Positions 1-8,997 of a stretch of DNA of 32,000 nt are shown here, one piece after another. Each line of letters starts with the position of its first letter. Position 1 is the stretch's first letter. The notes beneath the pieces were generated by a model. That model was not told where the DNA came from and ran no database searches. It worked only from the letters and a program-made list of their open reading frames with translations. The DNA is taken from positions 32,069 to 64,068 of the forward strand of contig JAQBPN010000076.1 in NCBI GenBank assembly GCA_028287505.1, written 5' to 3'. The translations under genes and the position numbers were made by a program. The stretch is from Fibrobacterota bacterium (GTDB lineage Bacteria > Fibrobacterota > Fibrobacteria > UBA11236).

Positions 1-1626
1 TTTCTCCTCCAGTCCGTGGATCTTGTATTTGGGCGGCACGGTGGCGGCGAACTCGATGAGGCGGTGGTCCAGGAACGGATACCGCCCTTCGATGGAGTTG
101 CCCATCATCATGCGATCGCCTTGGGAGTTCAGGAGGTAGCCGCTCATGAACAGCACCATTTCCAGATACTGGGCGCGGCAGAGCGGATGCCACTTGTCCC
201 TGCCGGAGTCCAGGTAGGGATCCAGATCCTCGATCAAGGCTTCTTCCGAGGGCATCTGGGCGCGGAAGTCGGGATGGAGGATCCGGCGCATCTGCGAAGT
301 ATTGTTCCAACGGATGAGATGGGAATAATACGGATTTTCCACGTCTTCCATGCCCTTCCTGAAAAAGAGCTGCCAGAAGGTGGAGGCATTCGAATCCCGC
401 GCGATGTAACCATAAAGTTTTCCGAGCGCCAAGGGGCGGAACTTCGATTCCGGCTGGCGGGCCCAGAAGCGGCGGGCCTTGTCCTCGCGGAAGATGTTGT
501 AACCTCCGAAGATCTCGTCCGCGCCTTCGCCCGTAAGCACCACCTTGATGCCGTTTCCGCGCACCAGGCGCGAGAGCGCCAGCAACGGGGCGGGGGCGGT
601 GCGCATGATGGGGCGCTCGGCGTACCACACCACGTCCGCGAAGTCGCGGCCGATGTCGTCATCGTCCACTTCTATGGAGCGGTGGTCGGTTTTGAGGTGC
701 TCCACCATCCGCATTTGGTATTCGCGCTCGTCGAAGCGCTTGTCCTTGAATGCGACGGAAAAGGTGATGAGGTCGTTGCTATGGTGCTTTTTGACCAGGG
801 CGCAGGTGATGGAGGAATCGAGGCCGCCGCTCAGGTAGGCGGCCACGGGTACGTCCGACCGCAGCTGGAGGGTGGTGGCGTCGTAAAGGATATCGCGCAG
901 GCGTTCCCGGTAATGCGCGAGCGGCCTGTCCTCATACTCCTTGCGTCCCGGAAAGCTGTGGCGCCAATACTGCCGGACCTTGAAGGAACCGTTCTCGGCT
1001 ACGATGGTGCGGCCAGGGCCCAGTTCTTCGATGCCTTTGAACACGGTGCGCGGAGGGATATTGACCCAGAAGCTGGTGATCTGGGCGACGCCCACGGGGT
1101 CGATCTCCCGCGGCACCCCGGGGTAGGTCAGGAGGGCTTTCATCTCCGAGGCGAAGATCAGGCCGCCGTCCGGGCGGCGGGAATAGAACAGGGGGCGGAT
1201 GCCCACTCGGTCCCGGGTCAGCACCAGGCGCCGGCGCGGGATGTCCCAGAGCGCGATGGCGAACTGTCCGTTCAGGTGGTCGACGAAAGAGGTCCCGTAT
1301 TCCTCGTACAGATGGACGATGACTTCCGTGTCCGAATGGGTGGCGAAGCGATGACCCTTCTTGACGAGGCCCTCGCGCAGCTCGATATAATTGAAGATTT
1401 CGCCGTTGAAGCTCGTCCACACCGTGGCGTCTTCATTGTGCATGGGTTGCCGGCCGCCGGAGAGATCGATGATCGAAAGGCGGCGGTGTCCAAGGCCCAT
1501 TCCGTCCTTTTCGAAATAGCCTTCCGCATCGGGGCCGCGATGGGTGAGCGCGCGCGTCATCCGTCGCAAGGCGATTCCGTCCACCGGCGCGCCTTCAGGC
1601 GCCAGAATGCCGGCTATGCCGCACAT
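1..1626 (-). CDS. asnB: Asparagine synthase (glutamine-hydrolysing), 3' end beyond window edge
   Basis: Minus-strand translation from the ATG at 1626 begins MCGIAGILAPEGAPVDGIALRRMTRALTHRGPDAEGYF (N-terminal nucleophile Cys2, class II amidotransferase) and contains the YLSGGLDSS synthetase PP-motif. The 583-aa plus-strand ORF on the track is its antisense. Confidence 0.93.
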   Translation of the reverse strand, partial: MCGIAGILAPEGAPVDGIALRRMTRALTHRGPDAEGYFEKDGMGLGHRRLSIIDLSGGRQPMHNEDATVWTSFNGEIFNYIELREGLVKKGHRFATHSDTEVIVHLYEEYGTSFVDHLNGQFAIALWDIPRRRLVLTRDRVGIRPLFYSRRPDGGLIFASEMKALLTYPGVPREIDPVGVAQITSFWVNIPPRTVFKGIEELGPGRTIVAENGSFKVRQYWRHSFPGRKEYEDRPLAHYRERLRDILYDATTLQLRSDVPVAAYLSGGLDSSITCALVKKHHSNDLITFSVAFKDKRFDEREYQMRMVEHLKTDHRSIEVDDDDIGRDFADVVWYAERPIMRTAPAPLLALSRLVRGNGIKVVLTGEGADEIFGGYNIFREDKARRFWARQPESKFRPLALGKLYGYIARDSNASTFWQLFFRKGMEDVENPYYSHLIRWNNTSQMRRILHPDFRAQMPSEEALIEDLDPYLDSGRDKWHPLCRAQYLEMVLFMSGYLLNSQGDRMMMGNSIEGRYPFLDHRLIEFAATVPPKYKIHGLEEK

Positions 1627-1947
1627 GAATCCTCCCATACCCATGGTATTTCGGGACCATTGCAATTTGACCGGAATTTCAGCACATGGAGCCAGTCCAG
1701 TTTGAATGCGGTGCCCACTTCGGCGCGGGGCGATCCCGTCAAAGTCGGAAACAAGGGAAGTCGATAAAATTTAACAGTTGCGGGTGTCCATGGCAATTGG
1801 GAACACTTTTCCCCAACGCCGGACCCCGCTCCAGGAAACGCGGACCCATTCCCCCCCGATTACACCCCCCTTGACCCCGGATAAGACCCTGAAATCCCCG
1901 ATTTCGGGCGGCCTGACAAAGTATTCCGCCCCTTACTAATTTTAGAC

Positions 1948-3462
1948 ATGGCCAAAATACTAGACGATCTCTCCCGCACTTTCTCCGAATACCTGCTCAT
2001 TCCCCGTCTGACCCGGAAAGAGCATTTGCCCAAAAACGTATCCCTGGTCACTCCCGTCGCCAGCCACAAGGTCGGCGAAGCGAGCCGGCTCAGCCTGAAC
2101 ATCCCGGTCGTTTCCGCCAGCATGCAGGCGGTAGCGGGCACGGAAATGGGCATCGCCTTGGCGCGCCAAGGCGGCGTGGCCTTCGTCTTCTGCTCCCAGT
2201 CCATCGAATCCCAGGCCGCCATGATCGCCAAGATCAAGTCCCACAAGGCCGGATTCGTCCGCAGCGATTCCAACGTCAAACCCAGCGCCACCTTGCAGGA
2301 CCTCCTGGACATCATGAAAAAAACCGGCCATTCCACGGTGGCGGTCACGGAGGACGGAAGCAATACCGGCAGGTTCATGGGCATCATCACGGACAAGGAT
2401 TTCTGGGAATTCGAAGACGATTTGAATTCCAAGGTCCAAGGCTACATGACCCCTAAGGACAAGGTCATCCACGGCCTGGTCGGCATCACGCTCAAAGAGG
2501 CCAACCATCTCCTTTACAAGCATAAGAAGGAAGCGCTTCCCGTGCTCGAAGCGGACGGCCGCCTGAATTCCCTGGTCTTCAAGAAGGACTATGTCGATCA
2601 TATCAACAACCCCCTGGAGCTGTTGGATTCCCGCAAGCGACTGGTCGCGGCCGCGGGTATCAATACCCACGACTACAAGGAGCGCGTGCCCGCCCTGGTG
2701 GAAGCCGGCGTGGACGTTCTTTCCTTCGATTCCTCGGATGGATTCTCGGAGTTCCAGAAGGAGGCTTCGCTCTGGGTCAAGGAACGCTTCGGGGACAAGG
2801 TGATCGTGGGCGGCGGCAACGTCGTTTCCGCGGAAGGCTTCCGCTACCTGGTGGAGGAGGCCAAGCTCGATTTCGTCAAGGTCGGCATCGGCGGCGGATC
2901 CATCTGCATCACCCGCGAACAGAAGGGCATAGGCCGCGGCCAGGCCTCGGCGCTCATGGAAGTGGTGGAGGAACGCAACCGCTACGCCAGGGAAAAGGGC
3001 GTTTACGTCCCCATCTGCTCGGACGGCGGCCTGGCAAACGATACCCAGATCATCATCGCCATGGCCATGGGCGCGGATTTCGTCATGATGGGCCGTTACT
3101 TCGCCATGACAGACGAAAGCCCCACCCCCAGGGTCTCCATCAAGGGGCGCATCTACAAGCCCTATTGGGGGGAAGGTTCCAACCGCGCCCGCAACTGGCA
3201 GCGCTACGTGGACGACCAGGCTTCATCCCGGCTCCATTTCGAGGAAGGCGTGGATGGCTACGTGCCTGTGGTGGGATCGGTGAACGAGGTGCTGGGTTTG
3301 ACCCTGGAGAAGATGCGCGCGAGCATGTGCAATCTCGGATCGATAACTCTCGCGGAATTCACCCAGAACGCGGTGCTGACCCTGGTATCGGAGCAGTCCA
3401 TCGAAGAAGGCGGAACCTCCAACATCATCCAGGTCGAATCCAAATTCGACGACGACAAATAA
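1948..3462 (+). CDS. guaB: Inosine-5'-monophosphate dehydrogenase, divergent T. foetus-like type
   Basis: 504 aa; active-site loop VGIGGGSICITREQKGIGRG, SSDGF, GADFVMMGRYFA, flap region SNRARNWQRYVDD. Confidence 0.93.
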   Translation: MAKILDDLSRTFSEYLLIPRLTRKEHLPKNVSLVTPVASHKVGEASRLSLNIPVVSASMQAVAGTEMGIALARQGGVAFVFCSQSIESQAAMIAKIKSHKAGFVRSDSNVKPSATLQDLLDIMKKTGHSTVAVTEDGSNTGRFMGIITDKDFWEFEDDLNSKVQGYMTPKDKVIHGLVGITLKEANHLLYKHKKEALPVLEADGRLNSLVFKKDYVDHINNPLELLDSRKRLVAAAGINTHDYKERVPALVEAGVDVLSFDSSDGFSEFQKEASLWVKERFGDKVIVGGGNVVSAEGFRYLVEEAKLDFVKVGIGGGSICITREQKGIGRGQASALMEVVEERNRYAREKGVYVPICSDGGLANDTQIIIAMAMGADFVMMGRYFAMTDESPTPRVSIKGRIYKPYWGEGSNRARNWQRYVDDQASSRLHFEEGVDGYVPVVGSVNEVLGLTLEKMRASMCNLGSITLAEFTQNAVLTLVSEQSIEEGGTSNIIQVESKFDDDK

Positions 3463-3486
3463 CCCCGGAAAAGGATTTTTCCGGGG
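3463..3486. terminator. Perfect 10-bp inverted repeat (CCCCGGAAAA-GGAT-TTTTCCGGGG) between convergent genes; possible bidirectional terminator
   Basis: Starts immediately after the guaB TAA and lies 9 bp from the stop of the convergent 60-aa ORF. No clean T-tract follows. Confidence 0.55.
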
Positions 3487-3495
3487 CTGCCTTGG

Positions 3496-3678
3496 TTAGA
3501 ATTTCGCCAGGAATTCTTCCACGTCTTTGGTGGTGTTGAGGATAATCTTGAGATCCAAGGAATCATCCCTGCCGATCCGGACGGTACGCAGGGGCCGCCC
3601 GCCGAACATGGGAATGAAATCCGGATCCAGCGCTTTTTCCAGTTTGACGGCTCGGTTGTCTTGGAATTGGGGTTGCAT
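3496..3678 (-). CDS. Small hypothetical protein, 60 aa
   Basis: MQPQFQDNRAVKLEKALDPDFIPMFGGRPLRTVRIGRDDSLDLKIILNTTKDVEEFLAKF. The ATG at 3678 is preceded by GAAAGGAATCCAT (AAAGGA SD). The longer track form begins at a TTG inside this upstream region. Confidence 0.6.
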   Translation of the reverse strand: MQPQFQDNRAVKLEKALDPDFIPMFGGRPLRTVRIGRDDSLDLKIILNTTKDVEEFLAKF

Positions 3679-3706
3679 ATGGATTCCTTTCAACCCTGGT
3701 TAATGA

Positions 3707-3721
3707 GCAATACAGGTGCCA
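3707..3721 (-). promoter_or_regulatory. Putative sigma54 (-24/-12) promoter TGGCAC-CTGTA-TTGC
   Basis: Minus strand reads TGGCACCTGTATTGC; GG and GC are separated by exactly 10 nt. Predicted start site about 12 nt downstream, then the SD and ATG at 3678. Confidence 0.55.
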
Positions 3722-3784
3722 TTTCCTTACAGCCTGCCAACATGCCAATCCCGCGCATTTGAGCCAAGTAGCCTTCAGGTACCT

Positions 3785-3800
3785 GTGTCAATCTTGACAC
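3785..3800. promoter_or_regulatory. Palindromic operator/enhancer-like site GTGTCAA-TC-TTGACAC
   Basis: Perfect 7-bp inverted repeat with 2-bp spacer, about 90-105 bp upstream of the predicted sigma54 start site. Confidence 0.35.
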
Positions 3801-3863
3801 TTCCGGTCAACCTCGTTGCCAAACAAAACACTCGGTTGAAAGGAAAGTCGACAGGTCGGATTT

Positions 3864-3901
3864 TGGGAAAAAAGGAAAAGGCCTCGCAAAGCGAGGCCCC
3901 T
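3864..3901 (-). terminator. Intrinsic terminator for the sugar dehydrogenase gene
   Basis: Minus strand GGCCTCGC-TTT-GCGAGGCC followed by TTTTCCTTTTTT; stem at 3880-3898, downstream of the stop at 3926. Confidence 0.85.
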
Positions 3902-3925
3902 TAAGAGGTGGAGATCGTCGGAGGT

Positions 3926-6900
3926 CTACTTCAGGAAAACGTTGTCCAGCCAGGAGTCATTGACATTGGCCGCCCCGAAATCGAAAACGATCCGGCCGCC
4001 GGCATCGGTGGCGGACTGGGTCCAGGTGATGGTGAAATGCTGGTAGGTGTTGGCCGCAGCGGTCACCGAGTATACCTGATCGAAGTATTTGGTCCAAGGA
4101 GAACCATTGTGTTCGACCACCACTTCGAAGGATTTCGGGGTGGCTTCGGACTTGATATCGAAATCCAGGGTGTACACCTTCGCCTGGGTCAGCGGGGTGG
4201 GTTGGTAAATCTGGATGTCCCAGGGATTCGCGCCCGCGTTGGTGATGGTCATCCTCGCGCTGCCTGCCTCGTTGGCGATGGTACCGGTGGCGGGCGCGGT
4301 GAAAATGGTCTGCCAGCTTACGATTCCGTTGGAGAAATCGCCGTTCGCCAGGAGGTTGGCGCTGCCTCCGGCGGCCACGTCCAGGTAGTTGATGTTCATG
4401 TTCCCATTGGGCATTGTGAAACGCACCGTATGGGCGCCTGCGGATAAGCTCACGCCGGATACCACCACATCCTTCCAGCTCTGCCACCCGGAGGCATCGG
4501 AAAAGCTGAAGGGAATCGCCGTCCCGCCGTCCACGGTCAGGGACAGGCTCTTGGTTCCGGCGGCGCCGGAGGCCAGGCGGGCGGTCAGGGTGTAGGTGCC
4601 GGCGGAGGCCACGTTCACGTCGTATGCCAGCCACTCTCCCGCGTCGACCCAACCCACGTTGAAACCCCCGCCCACGTCCGTAGTGGCTTCGATGTCCACG
4701 TTGTCGGTGCGGTATTGGTTTCCGGTATTGCCCAGGGTCAGGTCATGGTAGCCCACGGTTTCGCCGCCGTTCTTGTAAGCCTCGGCCTGGATGCGGCCGG
4801 GCAGATTGATGGCAGGGGTGCCAGAAGCGGCCGCGACGTTCATGTAATTGAGGTTGAAGTTGCCCGTGGTCATGGTGAGGCGCAGAACATGGGAACCGGC
4901 CGTCAGGTTCACGCCCGAGACGGCCACGTCCTTCCAGCTCTGCCAGCCGGAAGCATCGGTGAAGCTGAAGTTCGTGACGGGTCCGTTGTCCACCGTCATC
5001 GCCACGGTCTTGGTGCCGGCCGCGGCGGAGGCCATCCTGGCCGTGAAAATGTATGCGCCGGCGGAGGCCACGTTGACGTCATAGGCCAGCCATTCGCCCG
5101 CCTGGATCCAGCCCACATTGTATCCGCCCCCCGCGTCCGTGGTGGCTTCGATGTCCACGTTGTCGGTACGGTATTGGGTTCCGGTATTGCCGGCGTCCAG
5201 GTCATGGTAGCCTACGTTTTCGCCGCCATTCTTGTAAGCCTCGGCCTGGATGCGTCCCGGGAGGGAAATCGGACCCCCTACCGTTCCATAGGTCGCCGTA
5301 ATGGTGGTTGTGCCTGCCGGCGTGGAGATGTCGTGTTGGGCGGCAAGGCCGTCCGACCAGGAGACGAATTGGTAGTTCGCCCCGTTCACGGTTTGCGGCG
5401 AAAGGGCTTCCAGGGTGCGTTTGATGCCGACCACGCCGGTGAAGGGGAAGGGCGTGGTCTTGGGCTGTCCATCGAGCAGGAACTGGAGCCCGGAAGGGGA
5501 CGAGGCGATGGTCACGCTCGCGGTGACGGGCAGAACGTCCCGGGTGGTGGTGGCGGTGAGTCCCTTGGAATCCTTCACGGTCAGGAAAATGCGGTAGGAA
5601 ACATTGGGGGAAGTCTCGCCGACGGTCGGAATGGTGATGGGCCCGCCGAAGCCGACGGCATCGGGCATGAAAGGATGGCTGTGGGCGTCATGGATCAGGT
5701 CGACCCGCCAAGTGCCGGCGGCACTGCCCAGGGCGCCATCCTCAGGATCCGATCCGGATCCGGCGAAGGTGATCGTCTGCCCGCCCGTGTAGGTCGTGCC
5801 GGTGACGGGAGTGGTGATGACCGGAACGGGAGGCTGATTGGTGATTACCGTCAGGGTGGCGACGGAACTCGGCACCGTTCCAAGGGCATTGGATACGAAG
5901 ACCTGGAAGGTCGTGTTGTTGTCCGCCAGAACGGTGGTGGGGATGGTGTAGCTGGTTCCGACGGCGTTCGGGATGTTCACGCCGTTCTTTTGCCACCTGT
6001 AAACGAGGTTGCTGCCATTGGCTTCCACGGAGAAGGTCACGGACTGGCCCACGGAAACGGTCTGGGAGGCGGGCTGCCGGGCGATGGACGGAGCGTCCGT
6101 CCCCGTATAGTCGATCTTTCCGATCGTGCCGGAAAGCGTCAGATAATAGAGGGCGCCGTCCAGGGGATTGACCTTGAGGTCCATGAGGTTGCCGCCCAGG
6201 CTGGTGGCAAAAGTGGTCGGAGAGGTCGGCGAGGCCAGGTCGATGCTGCGGATGTACTGGCTGCAATGATCGCCGTAGAAATAATCGCCCAGATAGCTGG
6301 AGGGGTATTTCTGCTGGCCGGGATTGGGATTGTAGAAAGCCGCGCCGACGATGGCGCAATCGGCCGCGTTGACGCCGGATCCGTTGACGTACCCGCCGAT
6401 GGGTCCGTTGATTCCGGCCGCGGTGGTGGGGCCTTCCGTAATCGACCAGCCGAAATTGCGTCCGCCGGCCGAGGCGTCGTTGATTTCCTCATAGCCGTCC
6501 TCGCCCACGTCATTGATGAAGATGCGGCCGCTGCCGGGCTGCACGGCGAAGGTAAAGGGGTTGCGGAGGCCGTATCCCCAAATGGCTTTGTTTTTTCCCG
6601 TCAAGGTGCCGAAGAAGGGATTGTCCGAAGGGATTGTCGGGGTGCCTGCCGAAGGGCCGGGGACTTTGCTGAAGCGGAGGATCTTGCCGAGCAGGGTGTT
6701 CAGATCCTGGCCGTTGGACTGCAGGCGGTTGTCGCCCGTGGTCACGTAGAGGTAGCCATCGATTCCGAAGTGCAAGGCGCCGCCGTTATGGTACGCGCTG
6801 GTGATCAGAGGGGAGAGATCGAAAAGGTCGACCTCGCTGGCGGGATCGGCTTTGTTCGCATCCGCCGCCGAGACGGTGAACCGGCTGATCCGGTTGGCGT

Positions 6901-7333
6901 TGGCGCCCGGGACGGAATAGTGGATGTAAACGTATTTCTGGTTGGCCCAGTTGGGATCGAAGGCGATGCCCAGCAGGCCGCGCTCGGTGTTCTGGTCGAC
7001 GTTGAGGGTGAGGAAGGTGAGCGTGGTCGAGACGCTCTGGACGATTTTCACCGCACCGCTCTTTTCCAGGACGAAGAGCCTGCCGTCGGGCGCGAATTCC
7101 ATGGCCATAGGGGTGTTCAATCCCTGGGCCACCAGGTTGTCGGCGAACTTCGGGGGCGGGACTGAGAGTGCCGTGGCCAGGGTATTCCGTCCATCCCCGT
7201 TATCGCTTGCAAGCCCTTCCTGGGATTGGCAGCCGGCCAGCAGCAGCGCCAGCAGGATTGGAAAAACCATCAATGAGTATGGTTTCGCGTGGAAATGGAA
7301 ATGGGATATACGTGTGCGACTTGCAGTTGACAT
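3926..7333 (-). CDS. Secreted PQQ-dependent sugar dehydrogenase (GSDH family) lipoprotein with Ig/PKD-like regions, two CBM6 modules and a C-terminal CBM4/9-like module
   Basis: 1135 aa from the ATG at 7333 (SD AGGAAAG). Lipobox LLLAGC; beta-propeller motifs NLVAQGLNTPMAMEFAPDGRLFVLEKSG, RGLLGIAFDPNW, YHNGGALHFG, WGYGLRNPFTF; tandem LPGRIQAEAYKNGGE...GEWLAYDVNV modules; ends NLLANGDFSNGIVSW...DSWLDNVFLK. Confidence 0.85.
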   Translation of the reverse strand: MSTASRTRISHFHFHAKPYSLMVFPILLALLLAGCQSQEGLASDNGDGRNTLATALSVPPPKFADNLVAQGLNTPMAMEFAPDGRLFVLEKSGAVKIVQSVSTTLTFLTLNVDQNTERGLLGIAFDPNWANQKYVYIHYSVPGANANRISRFTVSAADANKADPASEVDLFDLSPLITSAYHNGGALHFGIDGYLYVTTGDNRLQSNGQDLNTLLGKILRFSKVPGPSAGTPTIPSDNPFFGTLTGKNKAIWGYGLRNPFTFAVQPGSGRIFINDVGEDGYEEINDASAGGRNFGWSITEGPTTAAGINGPIGGYVNGSGVNAADCAIVGAAFYNPNPGQQKYPSSYLGDYFYGDHCSQYIRSIDLASPTSPTTFATSLGGNLMDLKVNPLDGALYYLTLSGTIGKIDYTGTDAPSIARQPASQTVSVGQSVTFSVEANGSNLVYRWQKNGVNIPNAVGTSYTIPTTVLADNNTTFQVFVSNALGTVPSSVATLTVITNQPPVPVITTPVTGTTYTGGQTITFAGSGSDPEDGALGSAAGTWRVDLIHDAHSHPFMPDAVGFGGPITIPTVGETSPNVSYRIFLTVKDSKGLTATTTRDVLPVTASVTIASSPSGLQFLLDGQPKTTPFPFTGVVGIKRTLEALSPQTVNGANYQFVSWSDGLAAQHDISTPAGTTTITATYGTVGGPISLPGRIQAEAYKNGGENVGYHDLDAGNTGTQYRTDNVDIEATTDAGGGYNVGWIQAGEWLAYDVNVASAGAYIFTARMASAAAGTKTVAMTVDNGPVTNFSFTDASGWQSWKDVAVSGVNLTAGSHVLRLTMTTGNFNLNYMNVAAASGTPAINLPGRIQAEAYKNGGETVGYHDLTLGNTGNQYRTDNVDIEATTDVGGGFNVGWVDAGEWLAYDVNVASAGTYTLTARLASGAAGTKSLSLTVDGGTAIPFSFSDASGWQSWKDVVVSGVSLSAGAHTVRFTMPNGNMNINYLDVAAGGSANLLANGDFSNGIVSWQTIFTAPATGTIANEAGSARMTITNAGANPWDIQIYQPTPLTQAKVYTLDFDIKSEATPKSFEVVVEHNGSPWTKYFDQVYSVTAAANTYQHFTITWTQSATDAGGRIVFDFGAANVNDSWLDNVFLK
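4367..5263 (-). repeat. Tandem duplicated CBM6 coding modules (period 459 bp; copies start at 5263 and 4804)
   Basis: Both begin LPGRIQAEAYKNGGE and share YRTDNVDIEATTD, GEWLAYDVNVASAG and DASGWQSWKDV. Outer boundary is approximate. Confidence 0.85.
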
Positions 7334-7526
7334 GTTCTTGCTTTCCTGATTGAATGGAGCGGCGAGCCCCCACAGCCGCCACTCCGTTGCCCTAGAGTCC
7401 GAAAATCTAATAATCACCGGTTCGAGGCGGAACAAAAAGTATCGGCAACGTTATTTCAATCGCCCACACAAGCGCAAGCTTCCCCGGTAATTGCGGGAAC
7501 TTCGCTCGATTGGGAAGTCGGATCGG

Positions 7527-8957
7527 TCAGGCGGGGGAGGGCGTCGGAGCAGGAACCGTTGCGGGAGCGTGGGACGTCGCCGCCGCATGCGCGTCCTCAA
7601 GACCATGCTCCTTGAGTTTCCGCCACAGGGTGGAACGGGAGATCCCCAGCCGGCGCGCGGCTTCGGTGTGGTTCTTGTGGCAGACTTCCAGGGCCTTGCG
7701 GATATAATTCTTCTCCAACTCGGCCAGAGTCATCAGGGAGTTGGGATTGCCGTCCGCCACGGCTTCTTCGCCTTTTGGGAGGGCGAACATGACGGGTCCC
7801 CCGTGCGCTTTCACCAGATAATCGGGCAGATCCTCAAGCACGATGTTTTCGCCCTCGCAGAGGGCCACGGCATGCTCGATGATGTTTTCCAATTGGCGGA
7901 TATTGCCCGGGTAGTCGTAATTCATGAGCACGGCCTCGGCGCTCTTGGCCATGCCGTTGATCTGCTTTTTGTTCTGCGCCGAATATTTTTTCACGAAGGT
8001 CCGGATCAGGCTCGGGATGGAGCTGCGGCGATCGCGCAGGGGCGGCAGGGTCAGATGGAAGATGCTGAGCCGGTAGTACAGATCCTCCCGGAAGGATCCG
8101 TTCGCGATGGCCTTGTGCAGATCCTTGTTGGAGGCGGCGATGACGCGTACGTCCACGTATTTGTTTTCATTGTCGCCCACCCGCCGGATTTCCTTGTCCT
8201 GCAGGAAGCGCAATAGTTTCACCTGAGTCTGGAGGGAGAGTTCCCCGATTTCATCCAGGAACAGGGTGCCTTTATCGGCCATTTCGAACAGGCCCTTGCG
8301 GTCCGCGATGGAACCCGTGTAGGAGCCTTTGCGCGATCCGAACAATTCCGATTCCACCAGGGTCTCCGGAATGGCGCCGCAGTTGACGGCCACGAAGCTT
8401 TCGTCGGAGCGGCTGCTGAGCCGGTGGACGATATTGGCCATGAACTCCTTGCCGGTGCCGCTTTCCCCGGAAATGAGGATGGTGCTGTTGGTGGGAGCCA
8501 CCTTGGTCACCGTCTTCAGGATTTTCTTCATGGTGGGGGAAGAGCCCAGCAGGTCTTCCAGGTACCGCTCTTCCAGGGCCCGCACGTTCTTGCGCGTCAG
8601 GGAATGGTTCAGGGCCTTGGCCGCCAGGCTTTCCAGCAACTTCACGTTCACGGGCTTGATCAGAAAGGAGTGCGCGCCGCGCTGCACGGCCGCTTCCGCT
8701 TTCTGGGTATCGCGGACATTGGTGAGGATGAAGACTTCGATGCCGGGGTTGCGTTCCTTGGCCAGGTCCAGGATGTCCAGGTTTTCGATGGTCAGGAAAT
8801 CCGTGGACAGGAACATGGCGCTGATGCCGCCCTGGGTCAGCAGTTTTATGGCGTTCTGGCCGCCGCTGCTTTCCATGATCTCGGTATTCGGGATCGACCA
8901 GTTGTTGAAAACCTCTTTTTTGAGTTCCGGGTCGTTGTCGAGTATGAAAATCTTCAT
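7527..8957 (-). CDS. NtrC-family sigma54-dependent activator with atypical receiver domain
   Basis: Receiver-like N-terminus (MKIFILDNDPELKK...FLIKPV), AAA+ domain (GESGTGKE Walker A, GTLFLDEIGEL Walker B, GSYTGS at the GAFTGA position), C-terminal Fis-type HTH (EAARRLGISRSTLWRKLKEHGL). Confidence 0.92.
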   Translation of the reverse strand: MKIFILDNDPELKKEVFNNWSIPNTEIMESSGGQNAIKLLTQGGISAMFLSTDFLTIENLDILDLAKERNPGIEVFILTNVRDTQKAEAAVQRGAHSFLIKPVNVKLLESLAAKALNHSLTRKNVRALEERYLEDLLGSSPTMKKILKTVTKVAPTNSTILISGESGTGKEFMANIVHRLSSRSDESFVAVNCGAIPETLVESELFGSRKGSYTGSIADRKGLFEMADKGTLFLDEIGELSLQTQVKLLRFLQDKEIRRVGDNENKYVDVRVIAASNKDLHKAIANGSFREDLYYRLSIFHLTLPPLRDRRSSIPSLIRTFVKKYSAQNKKQINGMAKSAEAVLMNYDYPGNIRQLENIIEHAVALCEGENIVLEDLPDYLVKAHGGPVMFALPKGEEAVADGNPNSLMTLAELEKNYIRKALEVCHKNHTEAARRLGISRSTLWRKLKEHGLEDAHAAATSHAPATVPAPTPSPA

Positions 8958-8997
8958 ATCGGTTTCTTTCGGGGTCCCGGACGAACCCCACGTTTCG

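Noticed and set aside
16-1767. 583-aa plus-strand ORF
   Set aside because: Exact antisense of the clear asnB gene; long antisense ORFs are expected in high-GC coding sequence.
4715-7165. 816-aa plus-strand ORF
   Set aside because: Antisense to the sugar dehydrogenase lipoprotein gene, with a shadow composition rich in G/V/R/H and no recognisable domain.
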